Positions 53,301 through 64,000 of a stretch of DNA of 64,000 nucleotides are shown here, in pieces. The position numbers and the translations under genes are program-made. This stretch comes from Eledone cirrhosa (lineage: Eukaryota): contig OZ024740.1 in assembly GCA_964016885.1 (NCBI GenBank), forward strand, positions 312,728,001-312,792,000, read 5' to 3'. The first letter of the stretch is position 1. Each line of letters opens with the position of its first letter. The notes under the pieces are model-generated. The model did not search any database. It worked only from the letters and a program-made list of their open reading frames with translations, and was not told where the DNA came from.

Positions 53301-56300
53301 TTTTCTGTGCTATTTCCAATTTCACCTTTTCTCTATAACCACTGTTTTGTATAGAACCTTGCTTTCCTTTTCAAATACATATGTATGCATATATATATGT
53401 ATATAAATACATATGTATATAAATATGTATGTATATATGTGTACATGTGACTAAGAAAAGTACCCTGTAGTATTTTCCTCATGCTATTTTAACACCTAAT
53501 CTTCTTTTTATAGATTAAGTTTGTAATATCTCCCAACCTCCATTCCTAAGGCAAAGTCTAGCTAATTTTAATTTGAAACCAAGACAGAGACTGAAAAGTA
53601 TTTAGTTTTAAGTACTCTACTCTTTATTTCTGCCATTAACTTTACTCCATAAAAGACATCATCTTAAGACTAATACAAAGCTTCTTTGTGGCCAATCAAC
53701 CTGCTACTAGACACAACAGCCAAATCTCCTTCATATGACATCCTATCATCTATATAGAAAAAAGGATGCATTTAATAATGTAGTCTTTGATAGATTAAGT
53801 CTGAAAACAACAAAAAAGAGATGGGATGATCATGTCTAAAATGCTTTTGGTCATGATGCTGTACTATGTATTCACCTGTGCATATGTGCACACGCACACA
53901 CACATAAGGACAGACAGACTGACACACACATACAGACACATACACAGGCAGACGCATACATACACATACAGACGCAGACATACACATGTACAGATGCAGA
54001 CAGACAGACAGACATACAGACATACACTAAGCATTTCTTACTGTGTTTTATTGCAGGTGTGCTTGACTAGTGTTGGGGAGTACCTTTCCCTGAAGGTCCC
54101 AGGCTTAGCCGAAGGCAGACCGTCAGTGCTGGTTGGTGATAGGGTTTACCTATCAACACCTGGTACAGAAGGAGGTCCAATGTTTGAAGGAATTGTCCAC
54201 GAGGTCGGTGTTTCTAAACTTCTTATTTAATAGACTCACATATCTCACATATGCACTAGAGCTTCTGACACTCTCACCCATAATTTGTGGCATGTTCATT
54301 TCATGAAGGAGGTCAGGCCAGTTGACTGCGCTAAGCCTTACTTATAGTAGAGCCTTGGGTAGTACTGTTATGAGCTGGGTCTGGCCAGTTGGCTGTGCCA
54401 TCCCCTGCTCACATCGGAACCATAATTTGGGAGCTGGGTGGTCCCATTATGTGGGAGGTCGGGCCAGTTGGTTGCACCAAGCCTTGCTCATAGTGAAGCC
54501 GTGTTACTGGGTGGTCCTTTTATGAGCCAAGTTAGGCCAGATGGCTGCGCTGTACACTGCTCATATTGGAATCATAATTTGTGGAGCCATGTTACTGGGT
54601 GATCCTGTTATGAGTCAAGTCTGGTCAGATGGCCATGCCATACCCTGCACATATTGGGACTGTTACTGTATGTAAAAAAAAATAATATTGCCATATGTGG
54701 TTGACAATCAATATGTAGGTTGAACCCAGAATGTAAAGCGCCATAACTCTATGCTGGAAATCATGGCATCTGACCCTCCACCGATACTGCCAATCCACTA
54801 ATAATGACAAATATTTGTGTATATACACCAAATCAAGAATCTCAGTCCCCAATTACAGCAAGGTGATCAATGTTTTTTATTTAACCCTTTAGCATTTACA
54901 TTACTCTACATTTCATCATCACAGTTTTACGTCCATTCCACGCTAGCATGGGTTAGACGGGTTGTCCTGTTGTGGACAATGTCTGGTCGAGTGACCTTGT
55001 CTTGCTCATATGGGAACTGATTCTGGCTTGATTTCTACAGTTGGATGCTCTTCCTAACACCAACCTCATTTACAGTGAGTGCTGGGTGCTTTTTTTCCGT
55101 GGCGCCTACACGTCGACTTTACAGTGTGGGCTGGGTACTTTTTTGCCGTGGCACCTCCATGACCACTTTGCAGTGGGATGATAGGGACCCCAGTCCTATC
55201 ATCTCATTGAGTAAACTGGGGCAATGTGAAATAAAGTGTCTTGCTCAAGGAAACAACACATCACCCGGTCTGAGAATTGAACTCACAACCTTTCGATTGC
55301 AAGGCCAATGCTCTAACCACTAAGTCATGTGCCTCCATTTTCTATTGTATTTTCATGGCTTTATTAAAGGCTTTATTTCACATAATATCGAATTTGAGAT
55401 GTTGATGTTATTTATTTTGAGAACAATATCAGTATGAATGGCCGGTTACAGCCGGTTTGGACAGAAAGAGGTGAAAGAATTCTGGCCGGATATTGTTGGT
55501 TCAAATGCTAAACGCTTAAATGTGCATCTAATAGAAATACATTATCTTTTTTAGGTGTTGAGTGATGAAGTTTTCCTCAAATTTAATGCAGAATTTCACA
55601 GTAAATACCTTGGAGAAGATTATGATGTCCGATTTACATTCAATAGGTATAAAAACTGTTTACTTAGGTTTTTGCTATTTATACTCATAGAATATTGAGA
55701 AAAACTTAACCCAAGAATTACTGTTAAAACAACAAAATGCCATCAATGACAGCATCAGGTAAAAATTACCTCAAAGGACAGAAATCAGTGGCTGGAAGTG
55801 TGTTGACCAGCAGAAGTGATAGGAAGAAAGGAGCAAATTATGAAAATGAACGAGACAAAATCACACACTTCTAGCCACTGATTTCTGTCCTTTGAGATAA
55901 TTTATACCCAATGCTCTCATTGACAGCATTTTTCTGTTTTAACAGCTATTCTTGGGTTAAGTTTTTCTCATTATTCTAGGTAACAGTGTGATTCATATGA
56001 AAAGTGTTTATTTTTGTTGTTGTTGTGCAGGACCCCTTTAAGACGAAGTCACCAAGCTGCTGAATTTGCTCCAAATCTTGGAAGGAATGGTAAATAATGT
56101 TTTAATATTTTCATTTCTTTATTCACTTCTTTATAATAAGATTATTTGAGAAATAATAGAGAATCACTCCAAGTAGAGCTGTTACTTCTCCAAATTGAGA
56201 GATCACTGCTCTGATATTACAGGCATGTGGTTAGAATGTCTTAGGAAAGAATCTCTGAATGGAGAGATCACAGCTCTGATATTATGGGCATTTGGTTAGA

Positions 56301-59300
56301 ATTCAGGAAAGAATTTCTGGGCAGATTTTATTGGCAAAATCAACTGGCAGGAAACTGAGGTAGATCCTAAGCAAGATGGTTGGATAACATCCATGAGCTT
56401 GGCTGGTCTCGCTTGGGGATCCAGCCAGATCAATTGGAGATGGTTGTTTCTGACAGGACCCTCTGGGAGGAGTGTTTGACCCTCTCAGGAATAAGTGGTC
56501 AAAGAAGAGAAATTATTTATATAAATCTTTAGTTCTAAGAATTATTTTCAACTGTTCTAGAAGTAATTCAGTTGATACAGTTCAGATGAATGGCACATCT
56601 TTTATTACTGGTAATTCAGTTTTTCCTTGTCAAAACCATTAACACTTCATAGCCTGATAACATTTAGTTTTAAAGTGGTATTATATGAAAAGGTTAAGCA
56701 GTAAGAGCATTCAGTGACTAGTCTGTAAAGTTGAGTTCAAATCATTTAATGGGTTAACCCTTTTGTTACTATATTTTTAATGAAAGACCTTGTCTATGCT
56801 TTTCAAATAATGTTGAATATAATCAAGAATTTGGAGGGGTTTAGTAATGTAAATAACTTCCTCATTAAACAGGTGTTTGAAACATGATTTAAGGGTCCTT
56901 ACATCATAAATTATGATGGAAAGGTGTTTAGATAAATATAATTGCTTTAACACAACAGGTTTGTATCATAGAAGCAGGGACAGTTTCAGGTGGGTTGGTA
57001 ACAAAGGTGTTAATCTTTCAATAGATTAGTGTTTTGTCCAGTGAGAGAGGTCTCTGAATTGCTTAAAACATTAGAAATATGTTTAGTCTCAAGTGTGATG
57101 TGAAGCCTTGACACTGATTGATGAAGAGATAGAATAAAGAGAAAGAAGAAATTGATTGTAAAACTGCTCTAGCATCTAGTTAAAGGATCTATGGGCATAT
57201 CTTGTCACATAATTTAAGCAGGGTTGTAGACATGCATGGTCATATGTCAACCATGAAATGTGGACATGACTTATCACATATATCTCACTGACCATTATGT
57301 GTAAGACTTATCACATGTCTCATAGGATATTATGTGTAAGACTTATCACATGTCTCATAGGATATTATGTGTAAGACTTATCACATATGGCTCACAGGAT
57401 GTTGTGTGTAAGACGTGTCACATATAGCTCATAGGACGTTATACACGTCTTGTCACATATGGACCCCAAAAGGTTGTGGACATGCTTTGTTTGATATGGA
57501 TGTTTTAAATCCATCATTATTTTTTTTTTTTCTTTTATACATAAGTTAGATGACGTTATATGGCATGTTTGCATAGGTTTATATTTTTCTAATATTGAAT
57601 GACTTTGTTAACTTTCAACTAGTAATCGTACTTATTGTTTAGCTAGATAAGTGGAGACAAATAGATTAATGTATTTTGCATAAATGCAGCTATATATTAA
57701 TCTGTGGTAGAGCTTAAATCTTCAAATCTTGTCTCCTGTTTTCTTGCAGTGCTGTTTCCTACAACTGTTGAAAACTTACCACCACGATACAATCCATCAT
57801 CAGACCAAGCGACTGAAGCCAGTTATTTAACCCCAACCAAATCAGCTTCTCGGGTTGATATTTCTTCTCAACTCACGCTCCAGTTTTTTAACCGACAACT
57901 CAATGACAGACAAATGTCTGCTGTCAAAAGAATTCTCCTTGGTCAGTGCCGTCCGATGCCTTACATTTTGTTTGGACCACCAGGTAAAATTCACCAATTT
58001 CAGTAAACCTTATGTGAGTTTCTGTCTCTGTATATGTATCGTATTATATTCAGCTTCTTAGTTGATGTGCTGAAGTATTGCTGTTTTCTTAGTACAATAT
58101 TAGGTTGTATGCTGGTATTTGTGATAGCAATTCTATTCTGTTCTTCCTAAAATTTTGTTGATTCATCTAGAGTATTGTATAGAATATTCATCATCATCAT
58201 CTAATAACCACTTTTTCACGCTAGCAGGCGTTAAGTGATCATTCAGAACTGCTTCTGGCTTTGTTTCTATGACTAGTATATATACTGTACATGTGTATCA
58301 TTATTATTATTATCGGTGAATTGGCAGTATCGGTAGAGGGTTGGGCCCATGCTTTCTAGCATAGTTACGTCCCTTTATGGTCTGAGTTCAAATCCCGCCG
58401 AGGTTAACTTTGCCGTTCATCCTTACGGGGTCGATAAAATACAGTACCAGTAATGCACTGGGATAATTGCTGGCCTTGTTCCCAAAGTAGAAACAATTAT
58501 TATTGGCAGTATCGGTAGAGCATCAGACACCATGCTTTGCAGCATAGAGTTACAGCCCTTTACTGTCTGAGCTCAAATCCTACCGAGGTTAGCTTTGTCT
58601 TTCATTCGCATGGGATCGATAAAATAAAGAACCAGTAATACTCTAGGGTCAATTTGGTTGACTTTCCCTTCACCATCAAATTGCTGGCCTATATCAGAAA
58701 TCATTATGGTTATTGGCAGTATCGGTAGAGCATCGGACAACATTCTTTGCGGCATATAGTTACGTCCCTTTGCGTTTTGAGTTCAAATGCCGCCGAGGTT
58801 AACTTTGCCTTTCATCCTTACAGGGTCGATAAAATAAAGCACCAGTAACGTACTGGGGTCGATTTAATCGACTTTGCCCTTCCCCCAAATTACTGGCCTT
58901 GTGTCTATACCAGAATTCATTATTATTTTTATTAGATCGGACGCCATGCTTTGACGCATAGTTACGGCCCTTGCCATTCTGAGTTCAAATCCCGCCAAGG
59001 TTATCTTTGCCTTTCATCCTTATGGGGTCGATGAAATAAAGTACCAGTAATACACTGGGTAATTGCTGGCCTTGTGCCAAAAGTAGAAACAATTATTATT
59101 ATTATTAGATGGCAGTATCGGTAGAGGGTCTGATGCCATGCATTGACGCATAGTTACGGCCCTTGCCATTCTGAGTTCAAATCTCGTCAAGGTTAACTTT
59201 GCCTTTCATCCTTACGGGGTCGATAAAATAAAGTACCAGTAATGCACTGGGTAATTGCTGGCCTTGTGCCAAAAGTAGAAACAATCATTATTAGAAAAAA

Positions 59301-62300
59301 TAGAAACAATTATGATTTATATTTCATTCTGGAATTTCTTTTAGACGAGTTATTGACAAGAGTAATGCTACACAATTGAACTTTGAGTTGCTTGACTGTT
59401 TTAACTTTAGGTTATTATTTATCTGTAAAGTTACAAATTTCCAATATCCAAAATCCAGGGCTTTCCTACTTCTGCTGGCGGAACCCCTCCTTGGTTGACC
59501 TCCAATGTTTCCTATCTCTGGCAATATTGGGCCATGTGGGGGCCGATGTATCAGGTCTGATCATCGCACTATCTGACTTTTGGCCACCCTCTGGTTCTTC
59601 TCCACTGCCTTGGTTTCCACACTGTCACTCTAATAGTCTACCTGTTGTCTTTGTAATGAAAGACATGGCCAGCTGATCTATGTTTACTTTTCTTGATGGT
59701 CTGCATTATGTCCTTCATGCCAGCCTGCTGTTGAATCCAGGTGTTGCTATCCTGTTATATAAGGTGATGCTGAACATGATTCGCTCTAAGTTACAGATTT
59801 AGTAAGATAAAAATGTGGCTTTGTTCTAAGCTGTTTCTTTTGTAATAAAGTCTAAAATCTTTCTTGAGTCTGGAGGTTCATCAGGCTAGATCCCAGTTTC
59901 CATGGTATTAAGTGACTGAGAGTACATGACTTTTCCCTGGACAAGACACCAGTCCATCACAGGGTTAAACCTCCAGCTATTGCTGATATTTATTTTCAGC
60001 TGAGTATACTAGAGCAATGTGAAATGAAATATTTTATTGAAGACCACAACACACAATCCAGTCCAGGAATTGAACCCGTGATTATGATTGTAAGTCCAAA
60101 CCCTTACCAGTAGGCCACGCATTTGTAATAACTATCAAAAATTTTCTGAACATTCATACAGTACATTATGGTTGTTTTCAATTTTATCATATTGGGGCAA
60201 TGTTTCAGGCTTTATTTAAATTTGTCAAATTTTGTTCTTTTTAGGTACTGGGAAGACAATAACTCTTGTGGAAACTATACTACAGATTTTAACTAAACTT
60301 CCCGGTAGTCGTATCTTGGCTTGTGCACCATCCAATAGTGCTGCTGACCTCTTGGTATGTGGCATTTTCTAGCTAGAGTCTGTATTTGTTATTGAATGCT
60401 ATATACGAGGGTAGGCTGAAAAGTTAAAAGGCTGACCAAGATACTCTCATGGAATGACCAAATGAGGTTTATTTTTCAACATAGTCCTTGGAAAGAAATA
60501 ATGCAGTTATTAATAAGAAGAGTTGAAATTAATGCATGTACGATTTCACAGCACTAGCATCACTTCTTCATAGTCAGCCTATGAACGTTTCAGCCTATCC
60601 TTGTTTTAAGAAAGTATAACAATGTTTACAGGGTGTTGAATGATGTGTTTCATGAGTATTAAGGTTACTTACAAGATATTTTATTTTAGCAGAAGTACTC
60701 ATAAAAATTATGTAAGCAAGGGCCTTGTTTCTCAGGTTTAAATGAAATATTTTAAATTTAGTATTTGATTTTAATTAAATGACATATCTATCTTAAGTTT
60801 TTACTCTAAAATGTCAAAATGAGATTGTTTTGCTTTGAGAATAATATGATTAAACTAATTTGAATCTTTCCTCTGTTAGTGTTAACTGCAATAGTGTGCT
60901 CATCCTAGCAGTATATATATTTTGAACAAAATATCAATATTTACCAGTTTATAACTACAATACTGACTTGGTCTATGTAGACCAGTCCCTTCCTTACTAA
61001 CAGGGAAAGTGGATGTTAAATGATGATGATGATGATGATTTCTCTTGTAGGCTGAAAGACTTCATAAAAGTGGTGTTTTGAAATTATCTGACATGGTGCG
61101 GCTGAATGCTTTCCAGAGAAATGAAGAAGTAAGTAATTGTACTAGGTTGTGGAAGAACAGATGGAATAGTGTCTGGAGAGGAGCCCTCTAATGTCTATTA
61201 GTGTTGAAACTGGCTGTGAGGATGGGTGGTTGTTAGAGTGTAATCTAGGGTTGTTGTAGATCAGATTTTGGTGACTGTGTGATCTCAAGATATTTTTAAT
61301 GTAAGGATTCCCACATTTTGTAAGGTTGGTATCAGTGGTACATGGGAACTAAGTTGTTAATTTCTTCTAATTGAATGGATCTAAGTTGTTAATTTGTTGT
61401 AATTGAACGATAAAAGACATTCTAGCTGTGAACAATCCTTTTATATATCTATGAATTAATGGTCCAGTATGCTATTCCTTTTTAAGATGGTAGTGTGTAA
61501 TTTGGTAACAATTTTTAGTTGTCCTTTAACTATGTAAAATCCCTTTCATTGGTCTGTACAGTATTAGGTTTGTTTAGATGGTGTAAAGTACATGTTTTGT
61601 GAAACTAGTAGGCCATTGTTTGACTATGTGTCATTGGTATAAGTGTATTGTGGAGGTAGGCATGTCATACTCATGTGATGGATGGTATCTAGAACAAGTA
61701 AATGTTATAAGAAAACTAGGAAGATTTGTTTATATTTGAAAAGGACTAAGAAATGACAACAGATGAACTGACATGGAAGATAGATCTACTCAAGCAGAAA
61801 TACTTGGGACTTAAGAACTGCAATGGTGGAAACAATAGAGAACAATAGGGATCTGTTTAGAGATACCTGAGATTTTACATCAACAACTGAATAGGTTAGA
61901 TTGAGCTGGGCTGTGAAACATTTGGTATAATGTCACATTAAGTATGGCAATGCTAACAATTTGTGATTGTTATACTTGTAGAATCTTTATAGCAACTGAA
62001 GACAGTTTTCCAGCAAATTAAAATATCTGAAACACTTACTAGTGAACAGAGAAGCTAACTCATAACAAACTCCTCTTTCAGATATGGTTGATTATGCTTG
62101 ATTTGATTAACTTATATTAGAATTGCAAACTACCCCCATTTCAGATATGGTCCACCATCTTTTTTTAACTTTTAGTGTTAGATCTTAAAATAAATGTTGA
62201 ATTATTGCCTGATGCTTAAATTTTTCTCTTTTTTAGTCTATACCAGAGAAAATTCAACCATATTGTTCATCAGGAAACAATCTTGATATTGTTGTACATT

Positions 62301-64000
62301 ATCGAATTATTATCTCTACCTGTGTCAATGCTGGCATTTTGTACACCTATGGAATAAAACCTGGTCATTTCACGCACGTTTTTATTGATGAGGTAAGAAA
62401 TTAAAGAAAAAATTTTCTGACTCTTTTGAAGTTCTGTTCCTGTATTGATTTATGTTTTTACAATATAAGTTCAATAGAACAGTGGTAAGCTCCTGGCAAA
62501 CTAAGTCAGGAATAGCTGTTTATTACTTGAACATGTTATTATGATTCTAGTCAGTAGCTTAGAACATGCTGGGTTGTACCAGATTGACTTCCTCTTCTGA
62601 TAGCATATGTAAATGAATCGTGGAAACTCGTCTTCATCGATTAATGTCTATCTTCCACGCTAGCATGGGTTAGACGGGAAACTTGTTAATCTTTTTGATA
62701 TCAACCCACCTGAAACCGCCCCTGGTTTTGTGATAAAAAGCTGCCCATTTTAAAGTTTTTATATTTAAATTTAAATCTTTCAAAATTTTATATAAGAATT
62801 CTTTAAGTATTAGCTTCATCATGAAAAAGATAAGCTTTGTTACTAAATTCCCCCCAATTTTTCTTTATTTTCAAAATTAATTGAAACACTTGGGCCGTGT
62901 GTGTTTCATTAGAAATATGGTCACAAAAGAGTTAAGGGATGTTTTACAAATTCTTATATTTTCATGAGGCAGCAAATTGGTAGAGTCATTAGAACATCAG
63001 ATAGAATATTTTGTGGTATTCTTTCTGTCTCTCTTCTCTCTGAGTTCAAATCCTGCCAAGATCAACTTTGCTTTTCATCCTTTCGAGGTAGATAAAAAAA
63101 AGTACCAGTCCAGTACTGGGATCGATTCTTCTATATCTCTTTTTCACTTTTATTCTCAATCCGTCTCTGGAAGAGATCTGCTGTGTTCAGACCTGGAGAG
63201 GGATGGGCTTCACCAAGCTTAAAAATGCCCAAGAAATGCTGTATGCCACTACAGTGCTTCTATGACCCTTTCAGGAGTTACGGGACCATACCAAACCATA
63301 TCATATTTTCATGAAATTTTAAACAAGTTTTTAATTTTTGTAGCTGACTGACCTTCCTATCATATAATCACTTAAGTGTAAAACGTAAGGTGACTTCTAT
63401 ACAACAGCTATTTGGACTGAGGCAAGTAGACATTTACCTTGTTTAAAGGAGCAGAACATTTTTGTTCAAGGGTAGACATTCCATAAATAGAATACAAATA
63501 AAATATTCAGTGTGGAGCAAATATCTAAAATGATTGATGAAAGACTGTGCTGTTGGCTGGCATATTGATCAATGACAAATTCAAATGTTGCTTCAGTCAC
63601 CATATTTCTCCCAGTCCAGCACATGCCCTGCCCTGCTGCCTTGCCTCAAGACTATTCACCACAGAAACCACGATAAGCACCGGCCTGATGAACATCCAGA
63701 CTTGAGACAGACTTTAGATGTTTCATGGTGAATCATTTCATCAGTTGTCACCTACTTAGAGCTAGGTGGACTAGGCTGTTCAAAGTTCTCTCTCATGGCC
63801 AGTACAACACTGTTGTCCAGAATTCTATCTAGTTGACCGTCTGGGGTTCTCTAAATAAGATATCTAACTGTGCCAGCATGGAAATCTGGATGGAAATTTA
63901 TATTTTTTGTTAGATATAATTCTATAACAACATCTTTGGCCTTTTCTTTTATTAGGCTGGACAAGCAACAGAACCAGAAAGTTTAATACCAATTGGACTT
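40399..64000 (+). CDS. MOV10L1: RNA helicase MOV10L1/Armitage (UPF1-like SF1, piRNA biogenesis), 5' 14 coding exons (~826 aa), continues beyond window
   Basis: Exons 40399-40750, 42302-42746, 45932-46264, 48849-49061, 51053-51167, 51908-52006, 54057-54203, 55555-55646, 56031-56089, 57750-57983, 60245-60354, 61051-61128, 62237-62392, 63956->64000. N-terminus [13 protein letters not shown] resembles MOV10L1; S1/OB-like repeats; [51 protein letters not shown]. Confidence 0.93.
40804..41476 (+). mobile_element. Non-autonomous Helitron-like element
   Basis: 5' A|TCTATATATAATATAAAAG, internal microsatellites, 3' hairpin CCTGGGCGTAGCCGGG followed by (C>T)TAG|T. Confidence 0.65.
43860..44310 (-). 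mobile_element. CRE-clade non-LTR retrotransposon 3' fragment (restriction-like endonuclease domain)
   Basis: [32 protein letters not shown]...AE.NK..KY..L...TGD matches the recalled CRE RLE pattern (RPDG...WD). Confidence 0.8.
44395..45060 (+). mobile_element. RTE-clade LINE 3' fragment with GAA tail
   Basis: [14 protein letters not shown]...[15 protein letters not shown], ends GAAGAAGAAGA. Confidence 0.85.
45305..45843. mobile_element. Mariner-type MITE, internally triplicated
   Basis: Three consecutive copies of the body (…GCAAGATTTCACAGCTCTAGCATCA…) between terminal TIRs. Confidence 0.8.
46389..48004 (+). mobile_element. Probable non-autonomous Helitron with nested SINE and internal duplications
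   Basis: 5' A|TCTATAAAAGGCAG; 3' CCCAAGTAACGCTGGG hairpin then CTAG|T. Confidence 0.6.
46915..47244 (-). mobile_element. Family B SINE (tRNA head + CORE-like segment), with 6-bp TSD TTACTA
   Basis: Minus strand TGGCTTAGTGGTTAGAGC / GAGTTCAATTCTC / CCTTGAGCAAGACACTTT; TGA tail; TSD 46909-46914 and 47245-47250; close copy at ~54912-55337. Confidence 0.85.
51625..51860. repeat. ~30-bp minisatellite
   Basis: GTTAACACTGAACTGGTGAAGGTGTTGTTA units with alternating variants. Confidence 0.9.
54881..55519. mobile_element. piggyBac-like MITE split by a full family B SINE
   Basis: TTAACCCTTTAGCATTTACATTACTCT start as at 25446; body resumes after 55340; end AAATGCTAAACGCTTAA. Confidence 0.75.
55688..55978. 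mobile_element. Long-TIR foldback/MITE filling MOV10L1 intron 8
   Basis: ~118-bp imperfect inverted arms (55688-55806 / 55861-55978) starting TAGAATA.TGAGAAAAACTTAACCCAAGAA. Confidence 0.85.
56754..57013. mobile_element. Second TTAA-type MITE family
   Basis: TTAACCCTTTTGTTAC...GTAACAAAGGTGTTAA; reverse copy 62686-62935, partial 51234. Confidence 0.65.
57265..57460. repeat. ~34-bp tandem repeat
   Basis: ATTATGTGTAAGACTTATCACATGTCTCATAGGAT units, degenerating. Confidence 0.85.
58315..59293 (+). mobile_element. Head-to-tail array of five family A SINEs
   Basis: Copies start near 58315, 58503, 58711, 58935, 59110, each after an (ATT)n tail. Confidence 0.9.
59446..59790 (-). mobile_element. RTE-1-like LINE 3' fragment
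   Basis: Minus remnants AGHV...DNR..RVT.W.PR..RR.RG.PK; its terminal segment recurs at ~28910 and ~30575. Confidence 0.6.
60406..60603. mobile_element. Mariner-type MITE
   Basis: TA-CGAGGGTAGGCTGAAAAGTT ... AACGTTTCAGCCTATCCTTG. Confidence 0.8.

Overview
Eukaryotic, AT-rich, repeat-dense genomic DNA. The SINE repertoire points to an octopod cephalopod (inference from recalled repeat sequences). Reading splice sites by hand gives four spliced genes arranged as two head-to-head pairs. (1) The first coding exon of a probable MANF/CDNF (ARMET) gene (- strand, 4971-5058) lies back-to-back with a complete 14-exon HSPA14 (+, 5743-25107, 527 aa). (2) A complete 6-exon TSR2 (-, 28405-34828, 189 aa) lies back-to-back with the piRNA helicase MOV10L1/Armitage (+, 40399 to beyond the window end). 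The first ~4.2 kb is a nest of Penelope-like retroelements in microsatellite, including a near-intact RT+GIY-YIG ORF and a structurally complete type I hammerhead ribozyme (2731-2796, -) in the sense orientation of the MANF-like intron. Introns hold three SINE types, RTE and CRE LINE fragments, non-autonomous Helitrons, MITEs and minisatellites. I found no wholly new multi-gene system. The best leads are the intronic hammerhead, the vertebrate-like CDNF/MANF-HSPA14 divergent linkage with an ERSE-like motif, and intronic dsRNA structures. All homology calls are from recalled motifs, not database searches.
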